Source: Eledone cirrhosa (lineage: Eukaryota). Taken from it: a DNA stretch of 64,000 nucleotides. Below are positions 24,545-36,307 of this stretch, one piece after another. The stretch's first letter is position 1. Every line of letters starts with the position of its first letter. The translations under genes were made by a program, and so were the position numbers. The stretch spans positions 13,082,001 through 13,146,000 of the forward strand of contig OZ024766.1 in NCBI GenBank assembly GCA_964016885.1, read 5' to 3'. The notes under the pieces are model-generated. The model did no database searches. It worked only from the letters and a program-made list of their open reading frames with translations, and had not been told where the DNA came from.

Positions 24545-25588
24545 CAGAGGTTCTCAAAGTGGGTGCTACTGCCGCAAGAGGGGTGCTGGGGCTTAAGGAT
24601 GGGGGTGGAGAGGATATAATAGTATATCAAATATCAAATGATAAATTTTATATATAAATATAGTAAAATAAAAAAGTATATGATATTTATTGATACATAG
24701 TATATATTATATAGTGGATAGAAATGAAGCAAGTATATGCTGTTGCATGTGTGATGTCAATTTGTGTGAACGACAAAGTATAGACGAGTTGAGAGAGAAA
24801 CTGTGTATAAGAGGGATAAGTTGTAGTGTGTGGGAGAGAAGACTGTGTTGGTATGGACATGTGATGCGCATGGTGGATGACAGCTGGGTAAAGAACTGCC
24901 AAGAAATCCCAGTAGAAGGAAGACACAGTAGAGGAAGATCACGAAAAACATGGGCAGAGGTGGTGAGAGCAGACCTCAGATCACTGAAGCTCATGGAGAA
25001 GATGACAAGGTACTGTGACAAATGGAGAGATGCTGTGTTTAATAAGACCTGTCCCACCCTTACAAGCAGGGAAAAGCGGATGTAAAATGATGATAATGAT
25101 GATGATAGTGAAGGCTGAGTGATTAGAGAATCGGATTTGCAATCGTGAGGTTGTGAGGTTGTTCTTTCTACCTGGAGTTGCAACTGATAGATAGTATTAG
25201 CAATTGGAAAGACCAATGGAAGCATTGATTCCGTGGTCCAATTTGATGGAAGTTGATCGACTTTCGATATATTATAGAAGGTAGGACACCATGCTTTGCA
25301 GCATAGAGTTACGGCCCTTTATGATCTGAGTTTAAATCCGTCCTAGGTTAATTTTGCCTTTCACCTTTACTGGGTCGATAAAATACAGTACCAGTAATAC
25401 ACTGGAGTAATTGCTGGCCTTGTGCCAAAAGTAGAAAGAATTATTTATTATATATCAACCATTTTATGTATTATATATTATTTACAATTTGCTTGTAGGT
25501 AGGTCTCTCTGGAAATAGGTGTGGTGTTTTAGAGGGTATTACAAGGCCGTGTGGGGGGCGATGGCCCCAAAAAGTTTGAGAACCTCTG
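24545..25588. mobile_element. hAT (Charlie-like) MITE with nested RTE 3' fragment and SINEs
   Basis: 14-bp TIR CAGAGGTTCTCAAA / TTTGAGAACCTCTG and 8-bp TSD ctctagaa/ttctagaa; RTE piece at about 24715-25108. Confidence 0.85.
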
Positions 25589-26095
25589 TTCTAGAATGTC
25601 ACCATTTACTAAAGACATTTATTTATAAATGGCATGAAACACACATGTTCCTAATTGTTTAACTGTTTGGATACCAAACTGTCTGAATCAACTCTACCCC
25701 TTGAACTTGAACTGGCACTGTCGGTTACAACAATGAGTGTTCCAGTTGACACTATTACTGGAACAGCCTGCTCATGAAATTAACGTGCAAGTGGCTGAGT
25801 ATTCCACAGACATGCATACCCTTAACCCTCTAGCATTTACATTACTCCATATCTAATATTACATTTTTGTGGTAAAGACTTTATCTTACATAATTATCTC
25901 ACATAATATCAAATCTATGAGATTTTGATATTATATATCTTAAAACCTTCTATCCTAACTTTATGTAAGAACATTTGTTAAGTTATATTTTAACTCTTTA
26001 GCATTTACATTACTCTATATATACTATTGTTTTGTCACATTAAAGGCGTTACCTCACATAATACCTCACATAACATTTACATTACTCTATATATA

Positions 26096-28412
26096 TTTAG
26101 CAGTATTAGTTGTAGATGTTATCGAGACACGAGTAACATAATAACGACTTCAACCGCAGTAATTAGAGATGAAATGTTTGTTTATTTATATGGTTGAAGT
26201 TACAGATACAAAGAGGTTACCAAATGGAATGTGCCATTGCGCCGTTAAGCCGGCGAGGCTAGTGGTGCAATATCTCACTGTTACATTATGCGTGTTGCTG
26301 GCTCGAAGTTTCTGGTACAAGCTAGAGATTCTTCAAATCTACGCGGTGAATTTCTTCCTCAGGGCGCGTAGGGATACATCCTCTTCTACTGGCGCTGATT
26401 GGCTGAACTGAGCCAAATCACGCACAGAGAATGTATGTGAGCCCAAGGAATGTAGGTCACTACATCACCTCCAACCAGATTTTCAGCCGAAAATCGATAA
26501 CGAAGAAACCAAGGATCCACATATTATTAAATCAGCAAGAACAAATGCTGAAAGAGCACATCAGTGAAAAAATAATTGAGCAGAAGGTTACATGCAAGAA
26601 CAAAAAATGAGGCGCTACGGGCCGTGTTGAGCCGCTGTGTTAAATGACCAGTTGTTTTGTTGTTTATACGTGACCGCCAAAGGTCTAACAAAAAACGGAT
26701 AAAGTCTGACATGGGCGAGGTTGCTGTTCTTGCATTAAATGTTAATGGTAAGCGTTGTACCAGTAGCTGTGAACGAAGCTATTATGGTAGTTTACCAGTG
26801 CTGGCGAGAAAATGATGGCCCCCAGATGTATTGTCGAATGTGCTGTGGAGCCAGGAAAAAATGGCTGGTTGCTTTGTAAAGAACAAAAGGCAAGTTTAAT
26901 CTGTAGGTGGGTTGCAGTGTAAATTCCATAATTCGGGCGAATCCACAGAAGTGGCCGAAATGCTAACAAGTCCAGTTCAATTTGTTGCTTTCCCAGCGAG
27001 TCGGGCAAAAACAACAAGACGGATGGCCGTCATGGACGATCAGTGTGCAACGAGATGCGAAGCTGTTTGAGTTCAGCGGCAATTAGTATTCTCGTGCTGC
27101 GGTGACTGTTTGAATCCAGTGGATTAAGCTCTGTGAGCTGCCAGCATCTCAACCAGGTGAAAAGGGACTCGCAGAATATTACGTTTGAAGAACATATACC
27201 AAGAACAACATGTTGGTGTGTGATAAAAAAAATGTGTGCATATGCAGGCATGTAAAACAGCAAAGAATGTGAATGAACAAAAACCATGAGCAAGCAAATA
27301 GCAAAAGAGCACAAAACAAGTAAATGCATTCTACAAAGAAATATGTGAATGTAACAAACTGATAATTCAAAGTCAATCTAGGGGAGCAGAGAAATTGCTC
27401 AATAAGTTCAAAGTTTTTCAAAGTCAAATAGTTCACACATCACCAGTGTACAGACACTAGTTCTATCTGAAAACTGAAAAAGAAGTTTGTTAATGCCGTT
27501 AGGGGTTAGATGTATGGTGTTTTTGTGAGATTTCGTGGCCATTTTCCCGTCCCGCCACACGGTTGTGTTGCTTATTGTTAAAGCAAAGTCAAAGAATCTT
27601 CTGTAGAGTAGGAGTCACCAAATATGGCAGTCACGTCTGACGCCATAATGGTGAGAAAACTACTGTCTCAATTTCTCGCGTCCCTGTGGTAACGAGACAG
27701 AAGGTATGGTGGTTGCGTCGGTAAAGTTACAAGCCGTTTTTAAATTTCCGATGTGTGGTGGTTGGCGTTGGTAAGGTTATGAAGCTGCCACTCACTGTTC
27801 CCTGTATTGGTCAGTGGTTAAACAACGCTTTCGCTGTTGCTGTCATTGTTGTTGTCAAGCGTAGCCATGACATGTCGGTAGCCATCTTGAAATTTTTTCG
27901 TGGCGAAAAAGTTTTTGAAATACTGCTAATTTTTCAAAAATCTTAAAAGGAATATTCTGGATTTTCGCAAGTTGCGACGTGGCAATAAAAGTTAAACTGA
28001 ATGAATAAGAAGGGCTGCGTGATATTCTTACGTCGGTCACCACTTTAGCAGTATTAGTTGTAGATGTTATCGAGACACGAGTAACATAATAACGACTTCA
28101 ACCGCAGTAATTAGAGATGAAATGTTTGTTTATTTATATGGTTGAAGTTACAGATACAAAGAGGTTACCAAATGGAATGTGCCATTGCGCCGTTAAGCCG
28201 GCGAGGCTAGTGGTGCAATATCTCACTGTTACATTATGCGTGTTGCTGGCTCGAAGTTTCTGGTACAAGCTAGAGATTCTTCAAATGTACGCGGTGAATT
28301 TCTTCCTCAGGGCGCGTAGGGATACATCCTCTTCTACTGGCGCTGATTGGCTGAACTGAGCCAAATCACGCACAGAGAATGTATGTGAGCCCAAGGAATG
28401 TAGGTCACTACA
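26096..28412 (-). mobile_element. Non-autonomous LTR retrotransposon (369-bp LTRs at 26096-26464 and 28044-28412)
   Basis: Near-identical direct repeats, PBS TGGTGACCGACGT at 28030-28042, PPT ggttggaggtga, 4-bp TSD tata/tcta, and a 1.58-kb interior without a long ORF. Confidence 0.88.
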
Positions 28413-29621
28413 TCTACTATTGTATTTTCACAGTAAAGGCCTTACCTCACATAATACCTCACATAACATTTACATTACTCTATATATACTATTGTATTTT
28501 CACAGTAAAGGCTTTACCTCACATAATATCTCATATAACATTTACATTACTCTATATATACTATTGTATTTTCACAGTAAAGGCTTTACCTCACATAATA
28601 CCTCGCATAACATTTACATTACTCTATATATACTATTGTATTTTCACAGTAAAGGCTTTACCTCACATAATATCTCACATAACATTTACATTACTCTATA
28701 TATACTATTGTATTTTCACAGTAAAGGCTTTACCTCACATAATACCTCACATAACATTTACATTACTCTATATATACTATTGTATTTTCACAGTAAAGGC
28801 TTTACCTCTCATAATACCTCACATAACATTTACATTACTCTATATATACTATTGTATTTTCACAGTAAAGGCTTTACCTCACATAATACCTCACATAACA
28901 TTTACATTACTCTATATATACTATTGTATTGTCACAGTAAAGGCTTTACTTCACATGATACCTCACATAACATTTACGTTACTCTATATATACTATTGTA
29001 TTTTTGTGGTAAAGGCTTTACCTCACATAATATCTCACATAACATTTACATGACTCTATATATACTATTGTATTGTCACAGTAGAGGCTTTTCCTCACAT
29101 GATACCTCACATAACATTTACATTACTCTATATATACTATTGTATTGTCACAGTAAATGCTTTACTTCACATAATATCTCACATAGCATTTACATTACTC
29201 TTTATATACTATTGTATTTTCACAGTAGAGGCTTTACCTCACATAATACCTCACATAACATTTACATGACTCTATATATACTATTGTATTTTCAAAGTAA
29301 AGGCTTTACTTCACATAATATCTCACATAACATTTACATGACTCTATATATACTATTGTATTGTCACAGTAAAGGCTTTACCTCACATAATATCTCACAT
29401 AACATTTACATTACTCTATATATACTATTGTATTGTCACAGTAAAGGCTTTACCTCACATAATACCTCACATAACATTTACATTACTCTATATATACTAT
29501 TGTATTTTCACAGTAAAGGCTTTACTTCACATAATATCTCACATAACATTTACATTACTCTATATATACTATTGTATTTTCACAGTAAAGGCTTTACCTC
29601 ACATAATATCTCACATAACAT
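28413..29621 (+). repeat. 72-bp MITE-internal satellite (about 17 copies)
   Basis: Unit tactattgtattttcacagtaaaggctttacctcacataatacctcacataacatttacattactctatata. Confidence 0.95.
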
Positions 29622-29831
29622 CTCGTATACGAGAGACGTGTGTTGACGTGTGTGAACAAGCTCGGCTACCGAGTCGGATTTACTTACTCAAAAAGTGAGT
29701 TTTGATTAATTTTTTATACTGTAATATACGGTAACCCCTTGCCTTGGTCGTCAAACTTTGAGTTTATTTATTTTCGCCCCTTTTTGGGGCGAATTTTCCA
29801 GTTAAAAATTTATTACGGTAAACTAATAGAA

Positions 29832-31553
29832 ATGGACGGAATTTTCACATCTCATCCTAACGTGAAAGCCACGCCCCCTAAGAAAGGTGATACAGAGAAG
29901 CTAGAAGCACAAGGCTCTAAGTCTTCCCTCCTCACTTCTGCAAAAGAAACATGGAACACGGAATTAAAAGAAAAATTTGTAAAAATGGGTGAAAACCCAG
30001 AAAGTCACATAAACGCAGACAAAAACAACAACGACAATAACAGCAATAGTCACAACACCAACCAAGGAATAAATAACGATAACACCAAACAAAGCGAACC
30101 CACTACTGGTGCCTCCTTTGCACAGGCGGTCCGAAAAACACAAACCTGCAAGCAACTGGACATTACAACTCTGAGAGAAAAGATGAAGGAAGCGAAACAG
30201 TATGTAACTTTCAAAGAAGGAGGAGACTTCACAATCACCTCCCCACAAGAAATCAAAAGAGACACGACGCTAAGAACGATATCTTTCAGAACAATTTCTA
30301 ACATAACAAGGAAACCAACTCAATTATCCCAAAAAGAGATTGAGCTGGTCCTAAAAAATGTGTGGAGTGATATATCGTTCATACAAAAAGGGCCACTCTA
30401 TGGGAATATAACGGTCCTAATGAAGGATCAATTGACGGCCAGGAAATACTCTGTGGCGCCAATTGTTTCCAAGCTACATACATTTTTCCCCACATATTTA
30501 GGGAAAAGAACGCAGAAGATAAGGGTCTCCGGAATCCGGCCAAATGCATGCATTTCCTGGGTACTAACAGGATTTTTAGAAGACGAGGACGGAATCCTTT
30601 CAGTAGGAGAAGTCACCACAGACGTTTTCGGCGGTTTGAGCGTGGAGGTTCTGGGCCAAATGAGACCAGAACGAATAGCTAGAATACCACAGAGGGTGTC
30701 CCTCGATGGAGAAACATTTATATATATTTCAGCCGAGGGTAAGAGGCCCATATGTTACTACTGTTCAAGCAGGGGTCATCTAATGGCTGCTTGTCCTCAA
30801 TTGACAAAAAAAAAGGCTCTTTTGCCTATACCCCACACACCACCACCGCCACCACCACCACCACCACAACAACAACAAAAACAACACGGAAAAATAACAC
30901 AAGACACGGCCCCACCCAAAACAACTCCCAAAACACACACAAATACAACAAAACCCCAAAATACACCACTACCCGACAGCACGGACGAGGACCCAGCTGA
31001 AACGGCACCTAGTGACGAAGAGGGGGAACCCTTCCAACCTGTAAAAAGGAAAACAAGAAAGCACCACTCGAACATAAACGAAACAAACACACAACGACCA
31101 ACAAAAACAAAACAAACAGAACAAACAAAATCCGCCCCGACCCAAAACATAACACATACAACAAAACGTAAGCACACACAAGAACAACAAACAAACACAA
31201 CACAAATAAAACAGTATACATACATTAACACAAATAACAAAGAACTCGTAAAAACAATACACAAAGACCCTTTGGTGGAAACTGAAGGGCAATTCTTTGC
31301 AAGCGCGGCCAACAAACCGCATTTAAAAATGATAAGACTCCCAATGGACACCTATGCAAAACTAAGAGAGAACTTTCCTGAGGACGTGGGGAAAACATGT
31401 ACTCGACCCTATAACCGCGTCCTCTTGAAACGTTTCCCCACCCACACCTCACCAAACACCCCCACTCCACCACAGAACAACACCCCACCAAACAACCCCT
31501 CCAATACGCCCATGGATATTGTGCAACCTGCTCCTCAGGAGCCGAACAGGTAG
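29832..31553 (+). CDS. Tx1-like ORF1 (gag-like, zinc knuckle)
   Basis: First ATG at about 29832; CYYCSSRGHLMAAC CCHC knuckle followed by a P/T/Q-rich tail; stops 21 nt before ORF2. Confidence 0.8.
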   Translation: MDGIFTSHPNVKATPPKKGDTEKLEAQGSKSSLLTSAKETWNTELKEKFVKMGENPESHINADKNNNDNNSNSHNTNQGINNDNTKQSEPTTGASFAQAVRKTQTCKQLDITTLREKMKEAKQYVTFKEGGDFTITSPQEIKRDTTLRTISFRTISNITRKPTQLSQKEIELVLKNVWSDISFIQKGPLYGNITVLMKDQLTARKYSVAPIVSKLHTFFPTYLGKRTQKIRVSGIRPNACISWVLTGFLEDEDGILSVGEVTTDVFGGLSVEVLGQMRPERIARIPQRVSLDGETFIYISAEGKRPICYYCSSRGHLMAACPQLTKKKALLPIPHTPPPPPPPPPQQQQKQHGKITQDTAPPKTTPKTHTNTTKPQNTPLPDSTDEDPAETAPSDEEGEPFQPVKRKTRKHHSNINETNTQRPTKTKQTEQTKSAPTQNITHTTKRKHTQEQQTNTTQIKQYTYINTNNKELVKTIHKDPLVETEGQFFASAANKPHLKMIRLPMDTYAKLRENFPEDVGKTCTRPYNRVLLKRFPTHTSPNTPTPPQNNTPPNNPSNTPMDIVQPAPQEPNR

Positions 31554-31574
31554 GTCCTTCCTCTTTTAACCAAC

Positions 31575-34500
31575 ATGGCTGATATAAGAGTTGGGTGTCT
31601 GAATGTACGCGGCCTGGGACTGTCTTGGAAACAAGGCAAACTTTTAAACGATCTCAGGTCGCATAGAATGGACGTAATGGCTATTTGCGAGTCCAGGATC
31701 AGCAGCGAGCACCAACTGGCGCCCCTCTTCGACGACTTTGAGATCTTCGCATCTCTCTGTCAACCGGAGGGTGGGGGTGGAGTTGTCGTTCTGCTGCGAA
31801 AACACCTGGGCCTCGCCATACAGAAGGTGCACCTGGACCCGGAGGGTCGACTGGTGGTTTTAGACGTCGGCAGTAGTGAAAGTGGAGCCCTTAGACTAAT
31901 AGCTGTGTACGCCCCTTTTTGGGCAGCACGGCCGGAATACTTCCAACGTCTGGAAACTTTTCTGGGATCGTCCCGCTCCTTGCTTTTAGTGGGGGACTGG
32001 AATGGTATCCTGGATGCACGTTGGGACTATGTAGGGGCATGTGCCAATAGAGGGGGGTGTAAAAGCCTCAAAAGGTTAATCGGCCGATTTGACCTGGCCG
32101 ATAGATATCGACTAGATTTTCCGACTGTACCACTATGGACGTGGACCAATCGCAGTGGAACATCTAGGTCGTACCTAGATAGGGTCCTAGTTAGAGAGAA
32201 GGATAGGGACACATTTAGCTGTCCAAAAATGTTCATGGTTGACTATTCGGATCACAAGTTAGTGACCTGCATAGCCAACCTTGATAGAACCCATAGACAG
32301 GGACCCGGTTACTGGAAGCTGAACTTGTCCTTACCGAGAAGCAAAGCTTACAGTAAACGGATTAACACGTTAGTTAAGCAGAGTTTGACAGGGGCAATTG
32401 TCAACAACAGGTGGTGGATCTCTCTTAAGAGAGCAATTAGAATAGAATCGATAGGTTTTAGTCAGGAATTAGCAAGGGATAGGAACAAGACGGAAAGGGA
32501 ATTAGTAGATAGAGTAGAAGAGGCGATTAGGAGTGGCAATGTAGCCAGCGTGCTGGCATCAAGAATGGCCTTAGACCAGTTCTTTGAGGTGAAGCATGAA
32601 AGCTGCGTTGTCAGGAGTAAAATACGTGCTCTGGGTAATGAGGGAGCCAAAGCTGTGAGCTGGGCCCGAGTGACAGAGGCAAAAAGTGGGAACAAGTCCA
32701 CGATTCGGTCTTTGAAGGACCAGGATGGGCATGTGATCCTTGAACCTGGGCAGATGTGTGCGGCCTTTCAGCGGCACTTTGCACGACTGTTCGAGAGGGG
32801 CGGCGCGCCGGGTGAGACTATGGATTTCAATCCATACCTCGACGGTCTGCCGCGCCTTTCGGACGCGGAGGCGAAGTCCTGCGAAAGGACGATTTCAGCT
32901 GCTGAGCCAATGCGGCAAACGCAAATCCCCGGGTCTCGATGGTCTACTATACGAGCTATATGTAGCGATGCCGGGCTTGTTCTCCGATATCCTCGAAGCG
33001 GTCTACTGCAACTGGCAGCAGAACGGGAGAATTCCCAGTTCTGTGACCAAGGGCGTAGTTACGCTGGTGAGGAAGGATGAGAACAAGGGGGATGACATAA
33101 GTAACTTCAGGCCCATAACTCTGCTAAATACAGAGTTAAAGATTTTGGCCAAGGTGTTAGCGAAGAGGTTGGCGCTTGTCATCGGAAACCTGGTGGGAGA
33201 AGCGCAGACATGCGCAATCCCGTCCAGGTCCATTCATGACAATCTCCACCTTATGCGATACATCATAGAGAGGGTAGGGAATGAACCCGGCTTTGGTGGG
33301 GCCCTGATCAACTTGGATCAATCTAAAGCTTTCGATAGGGTTGACCATCGTTACCTGGATGCAGTGCTCGCGGCGGCAGGCTTCGGACCCGTTTTCAGGG
33401 GTTGGATTGCTGCGATGCACAGCAGCAACGTCTGCTCAAGGGTCAAGGTGAACGGCCACCTCTCGGAGCCGTTCCAAATCATGCGATCCATCCGACAGGG
33501 ATGCCCTCTCTCCTCCCTACTGTATGTGCTGGCTCTTGAGCCACTACTGCGGAAGTTGGAGCGGTTGCAGGGCATCCCTTTGGAACCGGGATTGCAGAAA
33601 GCGGCATCGGCCTACGCCGATGACGTGACAGTAATGGTGTCGAAAACCTCGCAAATCGGTGAGATCGGCACCTTACTGGAGGAATATGAAAGGTTTACAG
33701 GAGCCAAGCTGAACCGGGACAAGTCCGTCGGTTTGCAACTCGGAACATGGAGAGGCAAACCGATGCCCTCCAACGACGTCGTCGGACGCTGGACGGAGGG
33801 CCCGGTGGAGCTGCTTGGGGTCTGGTTCGGACCAGACCTCCAGGTGGAGAAAAACTGGAACGAGTTAACGGCCAGGGTGTTTGCCCTCACCCAGAAGTGG
33901 GCCCAGTGCAAACTATCCCTGAAAGGTCGAGCGGAGGTGGCGAATACTTATATAGCATCCGTCATCTACTACCGCTTGACCGTCGTGCCTTGCCCAGCGA
34001 AAAGACTCGCCAAAATGGAGTGCGCGCTGTTCCAATTTCTTTGGAACAAGCGGACCCCTTTGGTGAGGAGATCCATCTGCTGTCAACACCCTTCGAAAGG
34101 AGGGCTGGGGATATCATGGCTAAAGATGCGTAAACACGCATTAAGGCTACGGCACCTCCAGGTATTCCTCACCGGTCAACCGGTGTGGGCCCCGTTTGTG
34201 AGGCGAGCCTTTCCCAGACTCGTCTCGCTCACCGAGCTGCAAACCTGGGTCAAGCAAAGACCGAGAAAAGTGGGCGACTGGCACATTGAATGTGCCCAGG
34301 CGCTCACGGCCCTCTGGAAAGCGGACCCGGCAATCAGTGGAGACTCCACCTCGACATTCTATAGAGGGTTGGTACGCAGCAGGTGCAACGATGCTCTCGG
34401 AGAAGCTCTAGGCATGGAGGAAGATGAACTGGCCAGTCTGTTCGGTAGGACGTTTGGCCCTGGACCGATGGACAACTTCCAAAAGTCCCTGGCTTGGCAG

Positions 34501-34995
34501 TGCTACCGAGGGGCTCTACCCGTTCGAGACAAGCTCCACAGGCATGGGAGCCTGGGTAGAGATCCTTTGAATAAGATCTGTCCGAGATGCGTGCATGATG
34601 ACGAAACCGTTGCGCACGCATTCGTACACTGCCCAGGCATTGCTGACCTGTGGGGCTATGTGGAACGACTACTGTCGAGGGTGGGACCAATCCGGTTGAC
34701 CACCGAGTCTATTGTCACGATCAAACCGCCTCCCCCTTTCAAAAACGAAGGAGAGGCGGTTTTTCTCTGTGTGGTAGCCATGGCTAAAGAAGTTGTATGG
34801 TGGACGAGGCTGAAAGGGCTGAGGTCAGACACCTTTCTCTCCGGCCAACAACTGGTCCCCTTTTTCAAATACCATTTTAAAAGAAGGATCAGAATGGAGA
34901 GAGAGGTGCTCTACCCTAGCAAGTTTTATGAAAGGTGGGTGAAAGTAGGGAGAATGGCCAGAGTGAATGGGTCTTCTCTCTATATCAGCCTGTAG
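31575..34995 (+). CDS. Tx1-like ORF2 (APE endonuclease, RT, zf-RVT) with one frameshifting deletion near 32905
   Basis: CLNVRG, VGDWN, SYLDR, SDHK; KSPGLDG, FRPITLLN, LDQSKAFDRV, RQGCPLS, YADD; CPRC..ETVAHAFVHC. Confidence 0.9.
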
Positions 34996-35232
34996 GTGAA
35001 AGAAGAGCAAAAAGAGGAGACAAGGGAAGCACCTACTCTTTGTGCTCCTGAGGAGAAGGGTTGCACATTTTTTCCGGGGTGTGTGCGACCCATGTTAATG
35101 CCCCCTCCCTATTGAGGACTTCGTTTGTTGTTGTTATTTCATTGTTATATTTTTGTACTCGTTAATTATATGTAAACTTCCCCCCTTGTATCTGTCCCTA
35201 CCTTTTGTGCCCTAGTGGCAAATAAAGAAACC

Positions 35233-35655
35233 ACTCTATATATACTATTGTATTGTCACAGTAAAGGTTTTACCTCACATAATACCTCACATAGCATTTA
35301 CATTACTCTATATATACTATTGTATTGTCACAGTAAAGGCTTTACCTCACATAATATCTCACATAACATTTACATTACTCTATATATACTATTGTATTGT
35401 CACAGTAAAGGCTTTACCTCACATAATATCTCACATAACATTTACATTACTCTATATATACTATTGTATTTTCACAGTAAAGGCTTTACCTCACATAATA
35501 TCTCACATAACATTTACATTACTCTATATATACTATTGTATTGTCACAGTAAAGGCTTTACCTCACATAATATCTCACATAACATTTACATTACTCTATA
35601 TATACTATTATATTTTCACAGTAAAGACTTTACCTCACATAATATCTCACATAAT
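35233..35655 (+). repeat. 72-bp satellite, continuation (about 6 copies)
   Basis: Same unit as 28413-29621; runs into the MITE 3' body. Confidence 0.95.
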
Positions 35656-35816
35656 ATCGAATCTATGAGATTTTGATATTATTTATTTTAAGAACAATAC
35701 CATAACATAAGTATGAATGGCCAGTAACGGTCGATTTGAACAGAAAGAGGAGAGAGAATTCTAGCCGGATACGGCCGGTTTAAATGCTAAAGGGTTAACT
35801 GATTTGTTTATTAATT

Positions 35817-36299
35817 ACACTGGTCAAAAAAATGTTGCTTTTTTCTGCTGACCTAAGTTTGAGATGTGTTCTTGAGTAATTAGGGACCCCTGAGTTTACA
35901 AATGACAACACTTTTTCCTATCATGTCAAGTTTTTTTTCTTAAATCTCTGGGCTGGTCGATATTGGCCCCACCCATAGCTTCAACAGATAGGACTCCGCT
36001 CATGACACGTATTGCTAACTTAGGTTTTGTTGTTGTTGTTCAACTAATTTTGAGGTGCTGATGTCATATATGGCATCCCCTCCGCCCCACACCAGTCTGT
36101 CATTCTATAGCACATTCCTATGTTGTTATGTACTGTATGAATAATATAATTTTGTTGACCAGGGGTAGCCATGTTTCCTGTGTTTATCGGATAAGTCAAA
36201 CATGAGAACTTGATGTGTTAGCAAACAATGGATGACATATTTGAACTCAGCATCTCTAAATTAGCTTAAAACAACTGTAAAAGCTGTGTGGACCAGTGT
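35817..36299. mobile_element. Putative short DNA-transposon derivative
   Basis: Terminal inverted 9-mer acactggtc / gaccagtgt; the family was not recognised. Confidence 0.35.
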
Positions 36300-36307
36300 T
36301 ACTTATC

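Larger units (their letters stand above)
29622..35232 (+). mobile_element. Near full-length Tx1-clade (L1 group) non-LTR retrotransposon
   Basis: 5' UTR, ORF1, ORF2 and a 3' UTR ending aataaagaaacc; the same satellite flanks both sides. Confidence 0.9.
25990..35798 (+). mobile_element. Composite TTAA MITE expanded by an internal satellite and two retroelement insertions
   Basis: TTAA-ctctttagcattta at 25990 and taaatgctaaaggg-TTAA ending at 35798; 35650-35794 matches the MITE body at about 5610-5740. Confidence 0.8.

Noticed and set aside
26169-26411. Duplicated 80-aa ORF (also 28117-28359)
   Set aside because: It lies within the two LTRs, antisense to the element, with no recognisable motif.
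28379-29646. His/Tyr-rich 24-aa repeat ORFs (also 35215-35676)
   Set aside because: Translation of the 72-bp MITE satellite; no C2H2 spacing and no splice signals.
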